64,000 bases of DNA, from positions 74,276,001 through 74,340,000 of the forward strand of contig OX597814.1 in the NCBI GenBank assembly GCA_951406725.2. The letters run 5' to 3'. The position numbers and the translations under genes are program-made. A model generated the notes under the pieces. The model had not been told where the DNA came from. It worked only from the letters and a program-made list of their open reading frames with translations, and made no database searches. Below, piece after piece: positions 50,721 to 64,000 of the stretch (position 1 is the first letter of the stretch; every line of letters starts with the position of its first letter). This DNA is from Octopus vulgaris. Taxonomy: Eukaryota.

Positions 50721-52157
50721 GGAGGAATCATGATTGAGGAGCGGGATTCAACAAATAGTTTAGTAGTCTGCTCATGCAAAGTACTTTCAGAATATACCCA
50801 GTATTGGATTCCTCTTGATTTGAGAAATAAAAAGAAACAGTGCATAAAACTGCATAAAAAGTGTTAAGATTTGATACAAACATAAAATAATTATTTCTAA
50901 TTTGGGTACAAGGCTAGTAATTTGGGGAAAAGGGTTTAGCCCATTACATTGATCCCCAGTACATGGGCAAAGTTAATCTTGGAAGAATTTGAGCTGGAAC
51001 AAACGTTACAATGTTTTCTGTTGCTTTAATGATTCTGCCAATCCACCATCCTGATTGTAGGCACAAAATAGTTACTATCTGGTATAGCCTAGCATAGTTA
51101 AACAAATATTAAACAATGCTGAAAATCTGTTGAAGTGGGAAAACATGAAAGTTCTAACTTACACATACTTTTGGGTTTGATAAATTTCACCTTCTTCCCT
51201 TAATTTTAAATTCATTTATAACTACTAACAAGACCCGTGAATATTTCACGGAATTAATAGTAAAGTTATTGGATTATTTCTGAAAACTTTATCCAAAAAC
51301 CTGAAAGTGTAGCCTGTGTGGTGTCTGTATCAAAAGATAATCACTCATCTGCTACTCATTGAAAAGGGAAGGAAATTGGAATACGATGATTATTTAATGC
51401 ACTTTATATACTTTATGCATAATTTTACAGACTTGATACACAGCACTTTCTCTCTCACTCTTTGCCTTAGCCTCTTTTTCTCTCTTTTTTCTTTTGCTCT
51501 TTGCCTTTCCCTTCAAATAATCACATGAAAGCATCACAGACAGGCTATGTAACAGAGGAAAAAAACTTAGTTAAAAAAAAAATACACATTTCACCCATCT
51601 CTCCCACTCCCTATCTCTCTCCTCCCCTCTCCGTCTCCCCTCTCCATCTCCCCACCCCATTCTCCTTCAACTAATCACATGGAAGTATTATGGATGGGCT
51701 AATTAATGGAGAAACAAGCAGGATTATCATATTTGAAGTTCATAAGGCATTAATTTGGAGTAATAACTATTTTATCTGCGGTAACATAACTGAATGGTTG
51801 CTTAACTTGCTAGAAACAACAACCAAATTACTCACCACAGTTTCAAAAAAGAATACATTGGATAATATAGTTCTAGGTTGGCTGCATATAGGAAAAAGAT
51901 GGAATGGTCCCAGCTAGAATGTTTTTGGTTTGGAGACAAACAATGTAGAAAGGATGCAAGGTGTATTTATTTAAAATATGCTGTCAGTTTGCAATGAATA
52001 GAATTACACCACTTGGAATATTTTCTTGAAGACAGATTACACTTGACTTTTGACCTAAGTTGATCATTATTTTAATCAGCACTTTTATACAGCTCTGTTT
52101 GTTCAATCATAATGAGTAAGGAATTTCTTCCCACATTTCAAACTTCTGGGGCTTACT

Positions 52158-52643
52158 GTGGCACGTAAAAAGCACCAACCGTTCGTGGCCGTTGCCAGCC
52201 TACCCTGGCATGTAAAAAGCACCATCCTTACGTGACCGATGCCAGCGCCGCCTTGACTAGCTTCCGTGCCGGTAGTATGTAAAAAGCACCAACCGTTCGT
52301 GGCCATTGCCAGCCTACCCTGGCACATGTGCCGGTGGCACATAAAAAGCACCATCTGTACGTGGCCAATGCCAGCACCGCCTTGACTGGCTTCTGTGCCG
52401 GTGGCACAGAAAAAGCACCTACCGATCGTGGCCATTGCCAGCCTTCCCTGGCACCTGTGCTGGTGGCACGTAAAAAGCACCCACTACACTCACGGAATGG
52501 TTGGCATTAGGAAGGGCATCCAGCTGTAGAAACACTGCCAGATCAGACTGGAGCCTGGTGCAGCCTCCTGGCTTCCCAGACCCCGGTCGAACCGTCCAAC
52601 CCATGCTAGCATGGAAAACGGACGTTAAATGATGATGATGATA
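52158..52643 (+). mobile_element. RTE 3' UTR-only copy with ~60-70 bp tandem units and (GAT)n tail
   Basis: Repeated GTGGCACGTAAAAAGCACC units; terminal ~170 bp match 59640-59811. Older minus-strand tails near 42960-43175, 54140-54240 and 54835-55075. Confidence 0.9.
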
Positions 52644-53494
52644 TTTCAAAAAAAATGTTTACAGTAGACATAACTCATCAGAATTGTATTTTAAGTTCTT
52701 GTATTCTGGAGCTGTACTAAACTGGGTTTTATGCCTATTTCTTCTATCCATCAGTGTAGATCATTAGGGATAGTTCCCAAAGCACTTATAACCATTGTGA
52801 TACATTTTACCCATACTTTCCATAATCTCTGTAATTCAATAGCTAAGTCCTGGTTACTTTGCTATTTTTTCATGCATGAAATATGGTCATGATAAAATCA
52901 CATAAAAAATTTTATACATTTAGAGATTACGTGATTGGTAATAAGGAAATGACTTGTAGAATATGGTAGTAATCACTCTGATAATACAATATAAACATGT
53001 TTCTATTGTTACACATTGAGTAATTATAACCTGTCTTGTTTGTGATGTCAGAATAAACAGGCACAATTTGCCTGGTTATTAGATATGTAAAAAGGATCAA
53101 TGCTACAAGAATGTGAAGAAATTGATAAAATAAAAAGGTTTTGGTTGAAACATCAAACCCTTTCTCACTATGACACTCATGTGTCTAATGAATTTAAATA
53201 AAAATGAATTAAGAATAAAACTGAGAATCTGACATGTTAGACAATGTATATGAAGGAGATAGACAACTTGATGTCTATTGGAAGTGCCATAAATTAGTGA
53301 CTGTGGATAAAAGAGACTTGAAATGCTCCTGTCAATCTTAAAAAAGCAAAACAAAGCAGTTGATATTACAGATGTGTATTGCAGAAAATTAACTGAAATA
53401 CTTTGGTGTCCACATGCAATGATTGGAAATGGCTAATTGATTCCATGTTAGATTTGGCTTAACCAGAAAGACTGAAATGCAGTAAGAACAATGT

Positions 53495-53830
53495 GCACTC
53501 CTCCTTTTTGTGATTAGAACATCCAAAAAATGAAAACTCAGAATTTATATTTGTATAAATTCTATAGAAAATGTCTCCATTTCAAAATAGAATTGATATT
53601 TAAACCTGGATTTTGTAGAATGAAGAAGATGAGACACTAATCTCTAACTTGACTGGGTGCTAAATTATGGGTAGCATTTCCAGTCCAGATATAACTTCAT
53701 GAACCGGAAATGGTTATTTTGTTCCCATTTCAGTACCTAAACTCTTCAGTACTCAACAAATTATTTCATATAAGAACATAAATATGATTTTCAGTTTGAA
53801 ATTAATATTTTCCATAACACATGTTTTATT
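53495..53830 (-). pseudogene. Possible very old Penelope-like RT remnant
   Basis: Minus-strand peptides GTEMGTK and FHFLDVLITK resemble the PLE motifs GTAMGTK and PFLDVLI, in the right order; nothing else recognisable. Confidence 0.3.
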
Positions 53831-56423
53831 TATCACATCAATCTTTCCATGCCATTTCATAAAATGCTTGAGTCGTACAATCCAGCATCATAACATCATT
53901 ATGAATATACCTTTTTAAATGGTATTTCCAAGTCAACTCTTATATCACAATATCATACCAGTCTACCTGACTTTTTATCTCATTTAGTATATTTATTATA
54001 TATTTCAATCTTCTCAGGTTCTTTTGGTGTTGTTTTGATCCATCCTCAGACCTTATATGAAAAATTGGGTCCTTCATGAGAGCATCGTTCTCAATCATAA
54101 AGCACTCTTTTTTTATTTCAGTATTTATGTTCAACTATAATCATCATCATTATTTTAACATCCACTTTTCCATACTTGTACGAATCAGACAGAATGCATT
54201 GAGGCAAATTTTGTATAGCTAGATACCTTCCTGTCAAAAACTGAAATAAGATATTACCTTATGGGCAATCCTTTACAGCTGTTCTAGGGATTTGATGATC
54301 AGTAAGTGCAATAATGTACCTTGCATACATTTACAAGGAGTAACTTGGTCTGCAAATGTATATGAATAATACAAATTTAAATTACTGTGTCATCTACCTC
54401 ATCATCAGATTGTTTGCATTCTTCTCTCTCTTATTTGTGATGTTAGAGTATGAACTCTCCGAATATCTACCAATCTATGAAGAACTAATATAGAGGAGAA
54501 TTGCTAGGATTCTCCTCTCTGTCTGTGATATTAGATAATAAGCTTCCTGGATATCTGCCAATCTATGAAGAACTATAATGGGCTTAGTTTTCTTGTTTAA
54601 TTATATTTTTAATACTCATTCTGTATAACATATTTATAAATACTTTGTTGCTATTAACAACCGCCACTCCATCTTTTGCTTTATTATACTGTCATTAGCC
54701 AACTGCTACATTTTGTACGGTCAACTCTTGTTCACCTGGATTCTGTATCCTATTGTTTGATGTTGGATGTTAGGTATTTGATCCAGTCCAAGGAATAATC
54801 TATTATACACCTTTTGATGTAATCTTACTCATTATGTCATCATCATCGTTGTTGTTGTCATTTAACATCAGTTTTCCTTGCTGACATGGGTTGGATGTTT
54901 CAACAGTATCCAGTAACCCGAAGGGCTGCACCAAGCTCCATGTCAGCTTTCGCATGGTTTTTACAGCTGGATGCTCTTCCTAAAGCTAGTTACTCTACAG
55001 TGTGTGTTGGGGTTTTTTGTTTTTTTTTCATGCATGCCACTGGCATTAGTGCGATTGCCAAATAACTTGCAAGACAGAAAAGAACAAGTACGAGAATATA
55101 TATATTACATATAAATACACATATATATAATCTTCCTCATCAGAAATTTTTCTAAATCATAAAATATTGATTTGTTTTTGCAAGGCACAATGCCACATTT
55201 CCACAAAGGAGAACTGTAACTGATTGAATCATTTTCATTGTGGTTCTGGTACTTTTCTGTTAACTCTACAAGAATGAAAGGCAAAGTTGTCTATTGAGCA
55301 ATTTGATTTAAGAGCTGCAGGGAACCTAAATACTCTGGTATTACTTGTAATTATTAATTCATTAAATACCTTCACCCTCCAACTGTTTCAAAGAATTTTG
55401 TTAGATCTTGGTAATTTCCTTATTATTCTGTATTATGATAAAATAAAATGTTAATTGAATGTATACCAACAGGCCATTAAAATTCTCTTTTATGATATTC
55501 TACAGTGAAGAATATATAGTTCACCGAAGCCTGATGCAGATTGTTTTGTCATTCAGATTATTGTTGTTGATTATATTTATAACTTTGTAAATGGCAAATA
55601 TAAGCTGAAATTTTCAAATATGAATTTTCTTACTGTAATATCACAAGATATTTCAGGGAAATGAGAGATGAAAGGGAATTTTCATCTTCCTTTACCCTAA
55701 AATTTACTGTTAAGTTAAAGTAACGATTAGAATGATATAACAGGGTTTGCAGAATGAGTAATTTAAAAATAATAAGAATGCATTATACAAGAAGTGTGCA
55801 GACTTATATTGAAAACTATACAAATGTAAAGCAGGATGATAAACTCTTTTGTGATTATGTTTTTAACAAGAAAAAAATGTGTAGCAGTTAAGTTTTAAAA
55901 TCAAAAATTTTCTATTATTTCATTTCATTTTCACTATCTCAGAGAAAATCATCTAATAAATGATGAAACAGGCCGAAGGTATTGTTCAAGCCATAACATC
56001 CCATAGTTTTTCTCAGACCTGCTGTCTTTTTTAGCTAGAGGTGACTGCTATTTCTAGCAGGTCATGCAATCAAGTAAGGTTTCATTTATTTTATCTGTAT
56101 ATTGTTTGTTTGGAATATAATTTAAAAAGTTTCTTCATAAAACTATGATGGAATTTCTACCAATGGAAATTTTATGTTACTAACATACAGGTTTTGAATT
56201 TAAATCATAAACATTCTAACACAGGCAATTTGGGACAGGATGGTATTACAGGGCCATCACTTGTAGGTTAAAATAGTGTGAATTGCAGCTTTCTTTAGAT
56301 ACAAATTATAACATTGTCTGAGAATATGTAGTTTGAAATATTACATAAACATGTTCCTCTTTCTTAGATAACATAAATTTTAACCTCTAGCATGTATATA
56401 TATATATATATATATACACATAT

Positions 56424-59400
56424 TTTCTGGGCAGGGAACACTGACGGGGTCGGGGGCATACTTCTTGCGGAGAAATAGGTAGATAAGGTAATCGAGGTAG
56501 TCAGAGTAAGTGATAGAGTACTTAAGATTAGATTAGTGCTCCACCATAGGTCAGCTACCATCATCTCGGCATATGCCCCTCAACCAGGGCTACCGGAAGG
56601 ACAGAAAGACCAATTCTACGACACCCTATTGCGGACTACCTCGTTGACAAATGACAGTGACCTTCTCTTTGTGGCAGGTGATTTCAATGGACATGTTGGA
56701 CGGCATGTCGGGAGCTTCCATGGCGTTCATGGAGGCTACGGTTTTGGCTCTCGAAATGAGGAGGGAACCAGGCTGCTGGAGTTCTGCGATGCAAATGACC
56801 TTATGGTTTGCAATACCAACTTCAGGAAACCCACCTCTCACCTAGTCACCTACCGTTCTGGCAGACACACTAGTCAGATTGACTACATCCTCGCCAGAAA
56901 GAGGGAAAGAGGGCTGCTTATAAATGCCAAAACCTTTCCAGGCGAAGAATGTACTCCTCAACATAGATTAGTAGTTAGCGACATCAGGATCAGAGCTAAA
57001 TGGCTGCCCAGAAGAAGACCAGCTTGGAGGAGAAGGGTCTGGAAGCTTAAAGATCCTGCAAATGGACAGAGATTTAGAGACATACTACTCGAAGCCTTTG
57101 ACGAAATAGAAGGGGATATAACTTCACTTAATGTGGAAGACAACTGGAGATTTCTACGGGACAATCTGCTGACAGCTACTGACCAGATCTGTGGATGGAG
57201 CAAAGTCCCGTCTCGACCCAGAGTAACATGGTGGTGGAACAATGTGGTTGACAGGGCTATTAGACAAAAGAAACGGGCTTGGAGGGACTGGAAGAACGGT
57301 GGTAGCAGGGAATTGTATCAGACAGCCACGTTTATTTAGCCAGAGAGGAAGCGGATAAGAAAAAATTTGCCAATGTTCTGCACCGTGAGGATGAAAGACT
57401 TGAGGTATTTCGTGTTGCAAGACAGTGTATGAGAGAGAATCGTGATGTGGTAGGAGAGAAATGTGTCCGCATGGATGATGGTTCACTTGCGCTAAATGAG
57501 GATGCAAAGAGAGAGGTTTGGAGATGCCACTATGAAAGGTTGCTAAATAAAGAAAATGAATGGGATAAAGAGAGCCTGCCAAATGTCAACCCAACAGAGG
57601 GTCCAGCCATCCGAGTTGATAATTCTTTGATAGTTAAAGCAATTAGAAGCATGAAGACAGGGAAAGCCCCAGGCCCATCAAGAATTACTGCAGAGATGCT
57701 CAAAATATCTGGCAGTGTCGGCTATAACCTAGTCACCCGTATAGTTAACCAGGTGATACACGAAGGAGTCATACCCAATGACTGGTGTAGCAGCATACTA
57801 GTCAACTGCTACAAAGGTAAAGGAGACGCCCTAGATACAAATAATTACAGAGGTATCAAGCTGTTGGATCAGGTAATGAAGGGTACAGAGAGGGTCATAG
57901 CTCAATTGATTAGGGAGAGAGTCAACTTGGATGAGATGCAGTTTGGTTTCATGCCAGGGAAAAGCACCACTGATGCCATATTTCTGGTGAGACAGCAGCA
58001 GGATAAGCCAAAGATAAGCCCCTGTACCTGGCTTTCGTTGACATGGAGAAAGCCTTTGACAGGGTCCCTAGATCCATTATCTGGTGGTCAATGAGGAAAC
58101 TAGGGATAGATGAATGGCTGGTGAGGGCTGTGCAAGCCATGTACAGGGATGCTGTAAGTAAGGTTAGGGTTGGCAACATGTACACAGAAGAATTCAAAGT
58201 AGAGGTTGGGGTCCACCAGGGTTCAGTACTCAGCCCCCTCCTATTTATCATAGTCCTCCAGGCAATTACGGAGGAATTCAAGACAGGTTGCTCCTGGGAG
58301 CTCCTATATGCTGACGACCTTGCTCTAATTGCAGAGTCACTATCAGAACTGGATGAGAAGTTCCAGGTGTGGAAGGAGGTTCTAGAATCGAGGGGCCTTA
58401 GAGTCAACCTAGAAAAAACCAAAGTAGTAATAAGTAGGAAGGTAGACAATCCACAAATGTCTTCAGGAAGATGGCCCTGCTCGATCTGTAGAAAAGGTGT
58501 AGGTAGAAACTCTATAAGATGTACCCAGTGTAAGCTATGGACACATAAGAGGTGCAGCAATGTCAAAGGAAGGCTAACTGGGAAGATAGTTTTTGTATGT
58601 GGCAGATGCTCGGGAGCATTACCTCTGAAAATCTGCAGAAAACAACTTCCGTCACTTTCCAGGGGAAAAACTAGAAGTAGTTGATAGCTTCCGCTATCTT
58701 GGTGACCAAATCAGTAGTGGGGGTGGGTGTGCTGAAAGTGTAATGGCTAGAGTAAGAATAGCCTGGGCAAAGTTTAGGGAGCTCTTACCTCTGCTGGTGA
58801 CTAAAGGCCTCTCGCTCAGAGTAAAAGGCAGACTGTATGATGCATGTGTACGAACAGCCATGCTACATGGCAGTGAAACATGGGCCGTGACTGCTGAGGA
58901 CATGTGTAAGCTCGCAAGAAATGAAGCCAGTATGCTCCGATGGATGTGTAATGTCAGTGTGCATGCTCGACAGAGCGTTAGTACCTTGAGAGAAATGTTA
59001 GGCCTAAGGAGCATCAGTTGTGGTGTGCAAGAGACACGATTGCGCTGGTATGGTCATGTGGCGAGAATGGATGAAGATAGGTGTGTGAAAAAGTGCCAAT
59101 CCCTAGCAGTGGAGGGAACCCGTGGAAGAGGTAGACCCAGGAAAACTTGGGACGAGGTGGTGAAGCACGACCTTCGAACTTTAGGTCTCACTGAGGAAAT
59201 GACCAGTGACCGAGACCTTTGGAAATTTGCTGTGCATGAAAAGACCAGGCAGGACAAGTGAGTCCAGCACACTTATGCATGCCTTTCCTCCCTTGGACAC
59301 ACAAAGACCTGTTGAGGCAAGCGAAGTCGATATCGAACTTCATTGCGAAGACCTGTTGGGGCAAGTGAAATCGGAATCGAAATTGAACCAATCCTATGAC

Positions 59401-59811
59401 TGGCACCAGGCAGATGCCAGGACCCCTGGACTGGAGATACATAAAAAGCACTATCCGAATCGTGGCCAATGCCAGCGCCGCTTCGACTGGCTTCCGTGTC
59501 GGTGGCACGTAAAAAGCACCATCCGAATCGTGGCCGAAGCCAGTGCCGCCTCGACTGGCTTCCGTGCAGGTGGCACGTAAAATGCACCAATCCGACCGTG
59601 GCCAATGCCAGCCTCGCCTGGCACCAGTGCAGGTGGCACGTAAAAAGCACCCACTACACTCTCGGAGTGGTTGGCGTTAGGAAGGGCATCCAGCTGTAGA
59701 AACTTTGCCAGATAAGACCGGAGCCTGGTGCAGCCTTCTGGCTTCCCAGATCCCCGGTCGAACCGTCCAACCCATGCTAGCATGAAGAACGGACGTTAAA
59801 CGATGATGATG
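56424..59811 (+). mobile_element. 5'-truncated RTE-clade LINE: APE + RT + PHD finger, with frameshifts; 26-bp TSD
   Basis: SAYAPQ, GDFNGHVG, QIDYIL, QHRLVV; NYRGIKLL, QFGFMPGKSTTDAIF, GVHQGSVLSPLLF, LLYADD; C4HC3 finger; RLRWYGHV, RGRGRPRKTW. Stop at 59261, repeat-rich 3' UTR, (GAT)n tail. TSD 56398-56423 = 59812-59837. Confidence 0.95.
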
Positions 59812-59845
59812 ATATATATATATATATATACACATATATATGCTT

Positions 59846-61825
59846 TAGATAGAAATATCAAATTATTGGATCAGGTGATCAAAGTTACAGAGAGAGTCAT
59901 AGTCTAACTAATTATGGAGAAAGTTAGCCTAGATGAGATGCAGTTTGGTATTGTACCAGGTAGAAGCACCACTGATGCTATATTTCTTGTAAGGCAACAG
60001 CAGGAGAAATATCTAGCCAAAGATAAACCTCTGTACTTGGCTTTTGTTGACCTGGAGAAAGCCTTTGACAGGGTCTCCTGATCCCTCATCTGGTGGTCAA
60101 TACAGAAACTGTCAGGGATGCTGTCAGTAAGGTGAGGGTTGGCAACGAGTATAGTGAAGAATTCTGGATAGAAGAAGGGGTTAACCAAGGATCAGTCCTC
60201 AACTCCCTCATCTTCATCATAGTCCTCCAGGAAATAACACAGGAATTCAAGACAGGCTGCCCCTGGGAGTTCCTCTATGCTGATGACCTTGCTCTAATAG
60301 CTGAATCACTGCCAGAACCAGAGATGAAGTTTGGGGTGTGGAAGCAAGGTCTAAAATTGAAGGGCCTTAGGGTTAACCTAGCAAAAGCCAAAGTCATAGT
60401 AAGTAGGAAGGCTGACAAATCACAATCCCCTTCAAGTAGATGGCCCTGCTCGATCTGTAGAAAAGGCGTGGGTAGAAACTGCATACGATGTACCTGGTGT
60501 AAGCTATGGACAAATAAAAGGTGCAGCAATAACAAAGGAAAGTTAACCAGGAAGATCATTTTTGTGTGCGGAAGATGTACAGGGGCAATAAATACTGAAG
60601 ATGTACAGAAAACAGATTCCATCACATGCTGGAAGAAAAACTATAAGTAGTTGATAGTTTCTGCTACCTAGGCAACCAAGTCTGGAATGAGGGTGGTTGC
60701 TCTGAGAGTGTAGCGGCTAGAATAAGAATAACCTGGGCAACGTTCAAGGAGCTCCTGCTTCTGCAGGCAACTAAGGGCCTCTCACTCAGGATGAAAGGTA
60801 GACTGCATGATGTCTATGTGTGAACTACCATGCTACATGGCTGTGAAACATGGGCCATGACTGCTGAGGACGTGCATAGGCTTGAAAGAAATGAAGCTAC
60901 TATGATCAGCTGGATGTGTAATGTCAGTGTGCATACATGACAGAGTGTGAACATCCTGAGAGAAAAGTTGGACATAAGAAGCATCAAATGTGGTGTGCAA
61001 GCGAGATGACTGCATTGGTATGGTCATGTGTTACATATGGATGAGGACAGCTTTGTGAGGAAGTGCCACACCCTAACTGTGGAAGACATGGGATGAGGTG
61101 GTAAAGCATGACTTCGAACATGGAGCCTCACAGAGGCAATAACAGGAGACCAAGACCTTAGGAGATGTGATTGAGAAGACCCAGCAACTACAGTGAGATT
61201 GCAGCCATGGGTGATACCAGTGTTGCATGTCCAGCCTATTTAAGAGTACTCTTGATGTGTTGTGTGATATGGTATGCTTGAGAAAACCTGTTGAGTCAAG
61301 TAAAACCAAAATCGTAGCAGTGGCTACTGCCCTGACTGGCTCATATTCCAGTGACACATAAAATGCAGCATTCAAATGTGGTCAATGCCAGTGTCCCCTG
61401 AATGGCTTCCATGTGGGTGGAACATAAAAAAACCATTCCGAATGTGATCAATGCCAGGTCTGCCTGACCAGCTCCCATGCCAGTGGCACATAAAAAGCAA
61501 CCCCCGAAAGTGGCCAATGCCAATACCCATTGACTGGCTATCATGCCAGTGGTATGTAAAAAGTATTATCCGAATGTGATCAATGCCAGGGCTGCATGAC
61601 TGGCTCCTGTGCTGGTGGCACATAAAAAGCACCATCTGAATGTAGCTGATGCCAGTATCCCATGACTGGCTCTGGTGCCAGTGGCACATAAAAAGCACTA
61701 TCCAAGTGTGATCGATGCCAGGCCTGCCTGACTGGCTCCTGTGCTAGTGGCATATAAAAAGCATCCACTACACTCTTGGAGTGGTTGGCGTTAGGAAGGG
61801 TATCCAGCTGTAGAAACATTGCCAT
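59846..61825 (+). mobile_element. Older, more diverged RTE copy (RT, PHD finger, tandem-repeat 3' UTR)
   Basis: QFGIVPGRSTTDAIF, FLYADDL, WPCSICRKGVGRNCIRCTWCK; about 7 degenerate AAAAAGCA units at 61340-61765. Confidence 0.9.
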
Positions 61826-61829
61826 TGTG

Positions 61830-62394
61830 TTTAACAAAATGATAGACCTTTTTCAACATCTTAAAGCAGCTTTACAAGCACATTCTGATTCAGACAGGTT
61901 AGAAGCCCTGCTGATTGTGTTACTAGGTTTATATACCACTTAAGGATGACAGGTTATTCCCAGATAGGTTGGACATTTATATGGCCTGGTCATTGGTTAC
62001 AGCTACTCAAAATGACCCAACTATATTAACTGCAAAATTACATGGTGGAAATACCTCTTAATAATCAGACCACAGTTCATTAAAACTTTCATTCCACCTG
62101 ATATCACTACCTGTTCTCATATTTGTAAGGAGTTATGTAGTCAAGCATCCCTTGCAGACAGTTTATTCCAGCATTAAAATCTAAACCAAAGTGAATGGCT
62201 TTGACATTCAGGGGAGACAAGAAACTGTCAGTGTTGATAGGCTTAAGCAGGCTATCGTCGAGTCTAATCCCCAACCACAACACTTCTCTGCCACACCTGA
62301 ACAATCCATACACAAGCATAAAGCATTATCCAACAACAGTACATCTCATACTGACAGGGTAACCAAAAGTGGAAGAAAATTAGTGGTCAGCTAG
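61830..62394 (+). pseudogene. Gypsy-type integrase C-terminal remnant
   Basis: HLKAAL..LLIVLLGL, GRQETVSVDRLKQA and VTKSGR resemble the Gypsy integrase C-terminal motifs LPxVLLGxR, VSIDRLKPA and TRSGR; no LTR seen. Confidence 0.6.
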
Positions 62395-64000
62395 TAACAC
62401 TTGCACATATTTTTAAGAAAAAAACTGCAGAACTTTTCATTGTAGCAAGGACATTTTTTCAACAGTTCTTCACTATTCAATGCACATTTCTTTTTCTTTA
62501 TTGTATTTGTATTGGTCTCTCTCTTTTTATATTCTGTAATTGCTGAAGGGGTAGCAGTGATTTGAAACCAAATCCCTGGATACATAGTCAGACATCATGA
62601 ACAAACCAGTTTCATGTGATTGGTCTATTAACCGACCAGCCAGCATGAAGCGATGATGTGGACAGGTTTACTTGAACATTCTAGAATTTAACTTTCAGTC
62701 CAATATGGTTTCATATTTGGCAAGCAGTTTTACAAGCCCAACAACTAAGACAGATGGCACAGATAGACAACAGGAACCTTTGTCACTACAAATATAGCAC
62801 AATTGTTTTCAATTATGTTAGGCAAACCACAGATTGCTGTAAATGCCAAGTAATATCTCTCTCCCAGTATGTAATTATTGCTGTTACCTGTAAAAGGCCA
62901 ATGCAGTTTGTCTTTATGTGTAACAATAAAATCTTGTTAAATGTTTGCAGATGTTGTTCAGTTACTTCTACAGAAATCAAGAAACAAATTTTCATTCAAC
63001 TCAACCAATAATCACCAGACCTTCATATCATAAGGGATTTCATGATTGCAAAGAGAATTTCTTAACCACTTTAATCCAACACAGTAGGTTGAGATTGTTA
63101 GCATATAATTAAGGTTTGAAACATTAAAATATGTGGTGAGAAAAATAGCAGCTGATGCCAAATATTTCATCTAGTACAAGAGTACACCCATGACATGTTT
63201 CTATCTTGTTTTGTGAAATATAATTTTACCATATATTGTTAAATAGTTTGGAAATTGAGATGCTATCATTAAGATAAACAAGAGGACAGTATCTGCATAT
63301 TTAATACATGTAGCATGTAAAATATATGCAGTTTGTGAATAGAAAGAAATATAATAATTAAAAAAAAGGGATTGTTGCGAAGAAGGAACACAAAATATAT
63401 TTCTCATTTAGAAGTAGCAAAAAATTTATAATTATTACATTTTTAATGAATTTAATTGCATTATTTCCTCAAATTGACCATTAGTAGTCTGCAAATAATG
63501 TGCTAAAGCAATTTAGAAAACTAAGTTTGTGGGTTGTCAGAGAAACAAAACATTTCAGGCAAGGCCTTTTGAGAAAAAAAACATGAACTAGGAAACAGTA
63601 AATATTGTTTCTTTTTTTTTTTTCTTTGTCTTAAGAAAAATATATACTAAATATAATTTTGTACTTCAGAATTGCTTTTGGACATAAGAAACTGTACATC
63701 TTTAAAACCCTTTGATACATTAAAAACATACATAATGCACATAAAAATATACTACTGACAAACCATTTCAGCTTATCCTTGTATAGATTTATGGTATGCA
63801 GCCAAAGTTCTCAGTAACTGAAGACTATATTTCAATTACAAGTTTAAAGCATTTACTTGATCACATTCATCTCCGTAAATTGGTAGGTATTTCTAGCAGT
63901 GGTCAAACTAAATATATTGTCACTGTTTTAATAGGCAAATTTCTTACAGCCAAATGCCTTTCCTGAAACTAAGTTTCTACTATTTCCAAGCAAGTTAATT

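Noticed and set aside
51222-51260. ACTAACAAGACCCGTGAATATTTCACGG hairpin resembling a Helentron/HINE terminus
   Set aside because: Only a short palindrome; I could not identify a matching other end or a second copy.
52158-52480. Regularly spaced GTGGCACGTAAAAAGCACC repeats resembling a CRISPR array (also 59430-59650, 61340-61765)
   Set aside because: The intervening sequences are homologous to each other, the array lies in an RTE 3' UTR, the context is eukaryotic and there are no cas genes.
54422-54580. Degenerate ~95-bp tandem duplication (CAATCTATGAAGAACTA twice)
   Set aside because: Only two diverged units with no coding or structural signal; treated as ordinary local duplication.

Overview
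This is eukaryotic, AT-rich animal genomic DNA. The SINE/LINE repertoire and huge (TA)n/(CA)n tracts suggest a cephalopod such as octopus; that is an inference. I found no supportable host protein-coding gene, and every long YI/HT/CV-repeat ORF in the track is a microsatellite artefact. Positions 1-36.9 kb are a dense (TA)n microsatellite field with retroelements nested inside it. These include about ten pieces of a CR1-like LINE family, one apparently full length (28741-34262). Its ORF1 has an unusual Myb/SANT-like + CCCH-finger architecture and its ORF2 is APE-RT. The field also holds a Penelope-like RT/GIY-YIG element (Naiad-like), a tRNA-derived SINE and two fold-back repeats. Three complete minimal hammerhead ribozyme motifs (one a compensatory U3:A8 core variant) and one truncated one lie here too. 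Positions 36.9-64 kb are older intergenic or intronic DNA. They carry degenerate SINEs, a mariner-type MITE, a local duplication showing filled and empty SINE sites, CRE-like, CR1/L2-like and Gypsy remnants, and two RTE LINEs with a PHD finger. There is a 100-N gap at 11614-11713, and signs of long-read consensus error, so frameshifts and junctions need read-level confirmation. All domain and family calls are by eye, without database searches.
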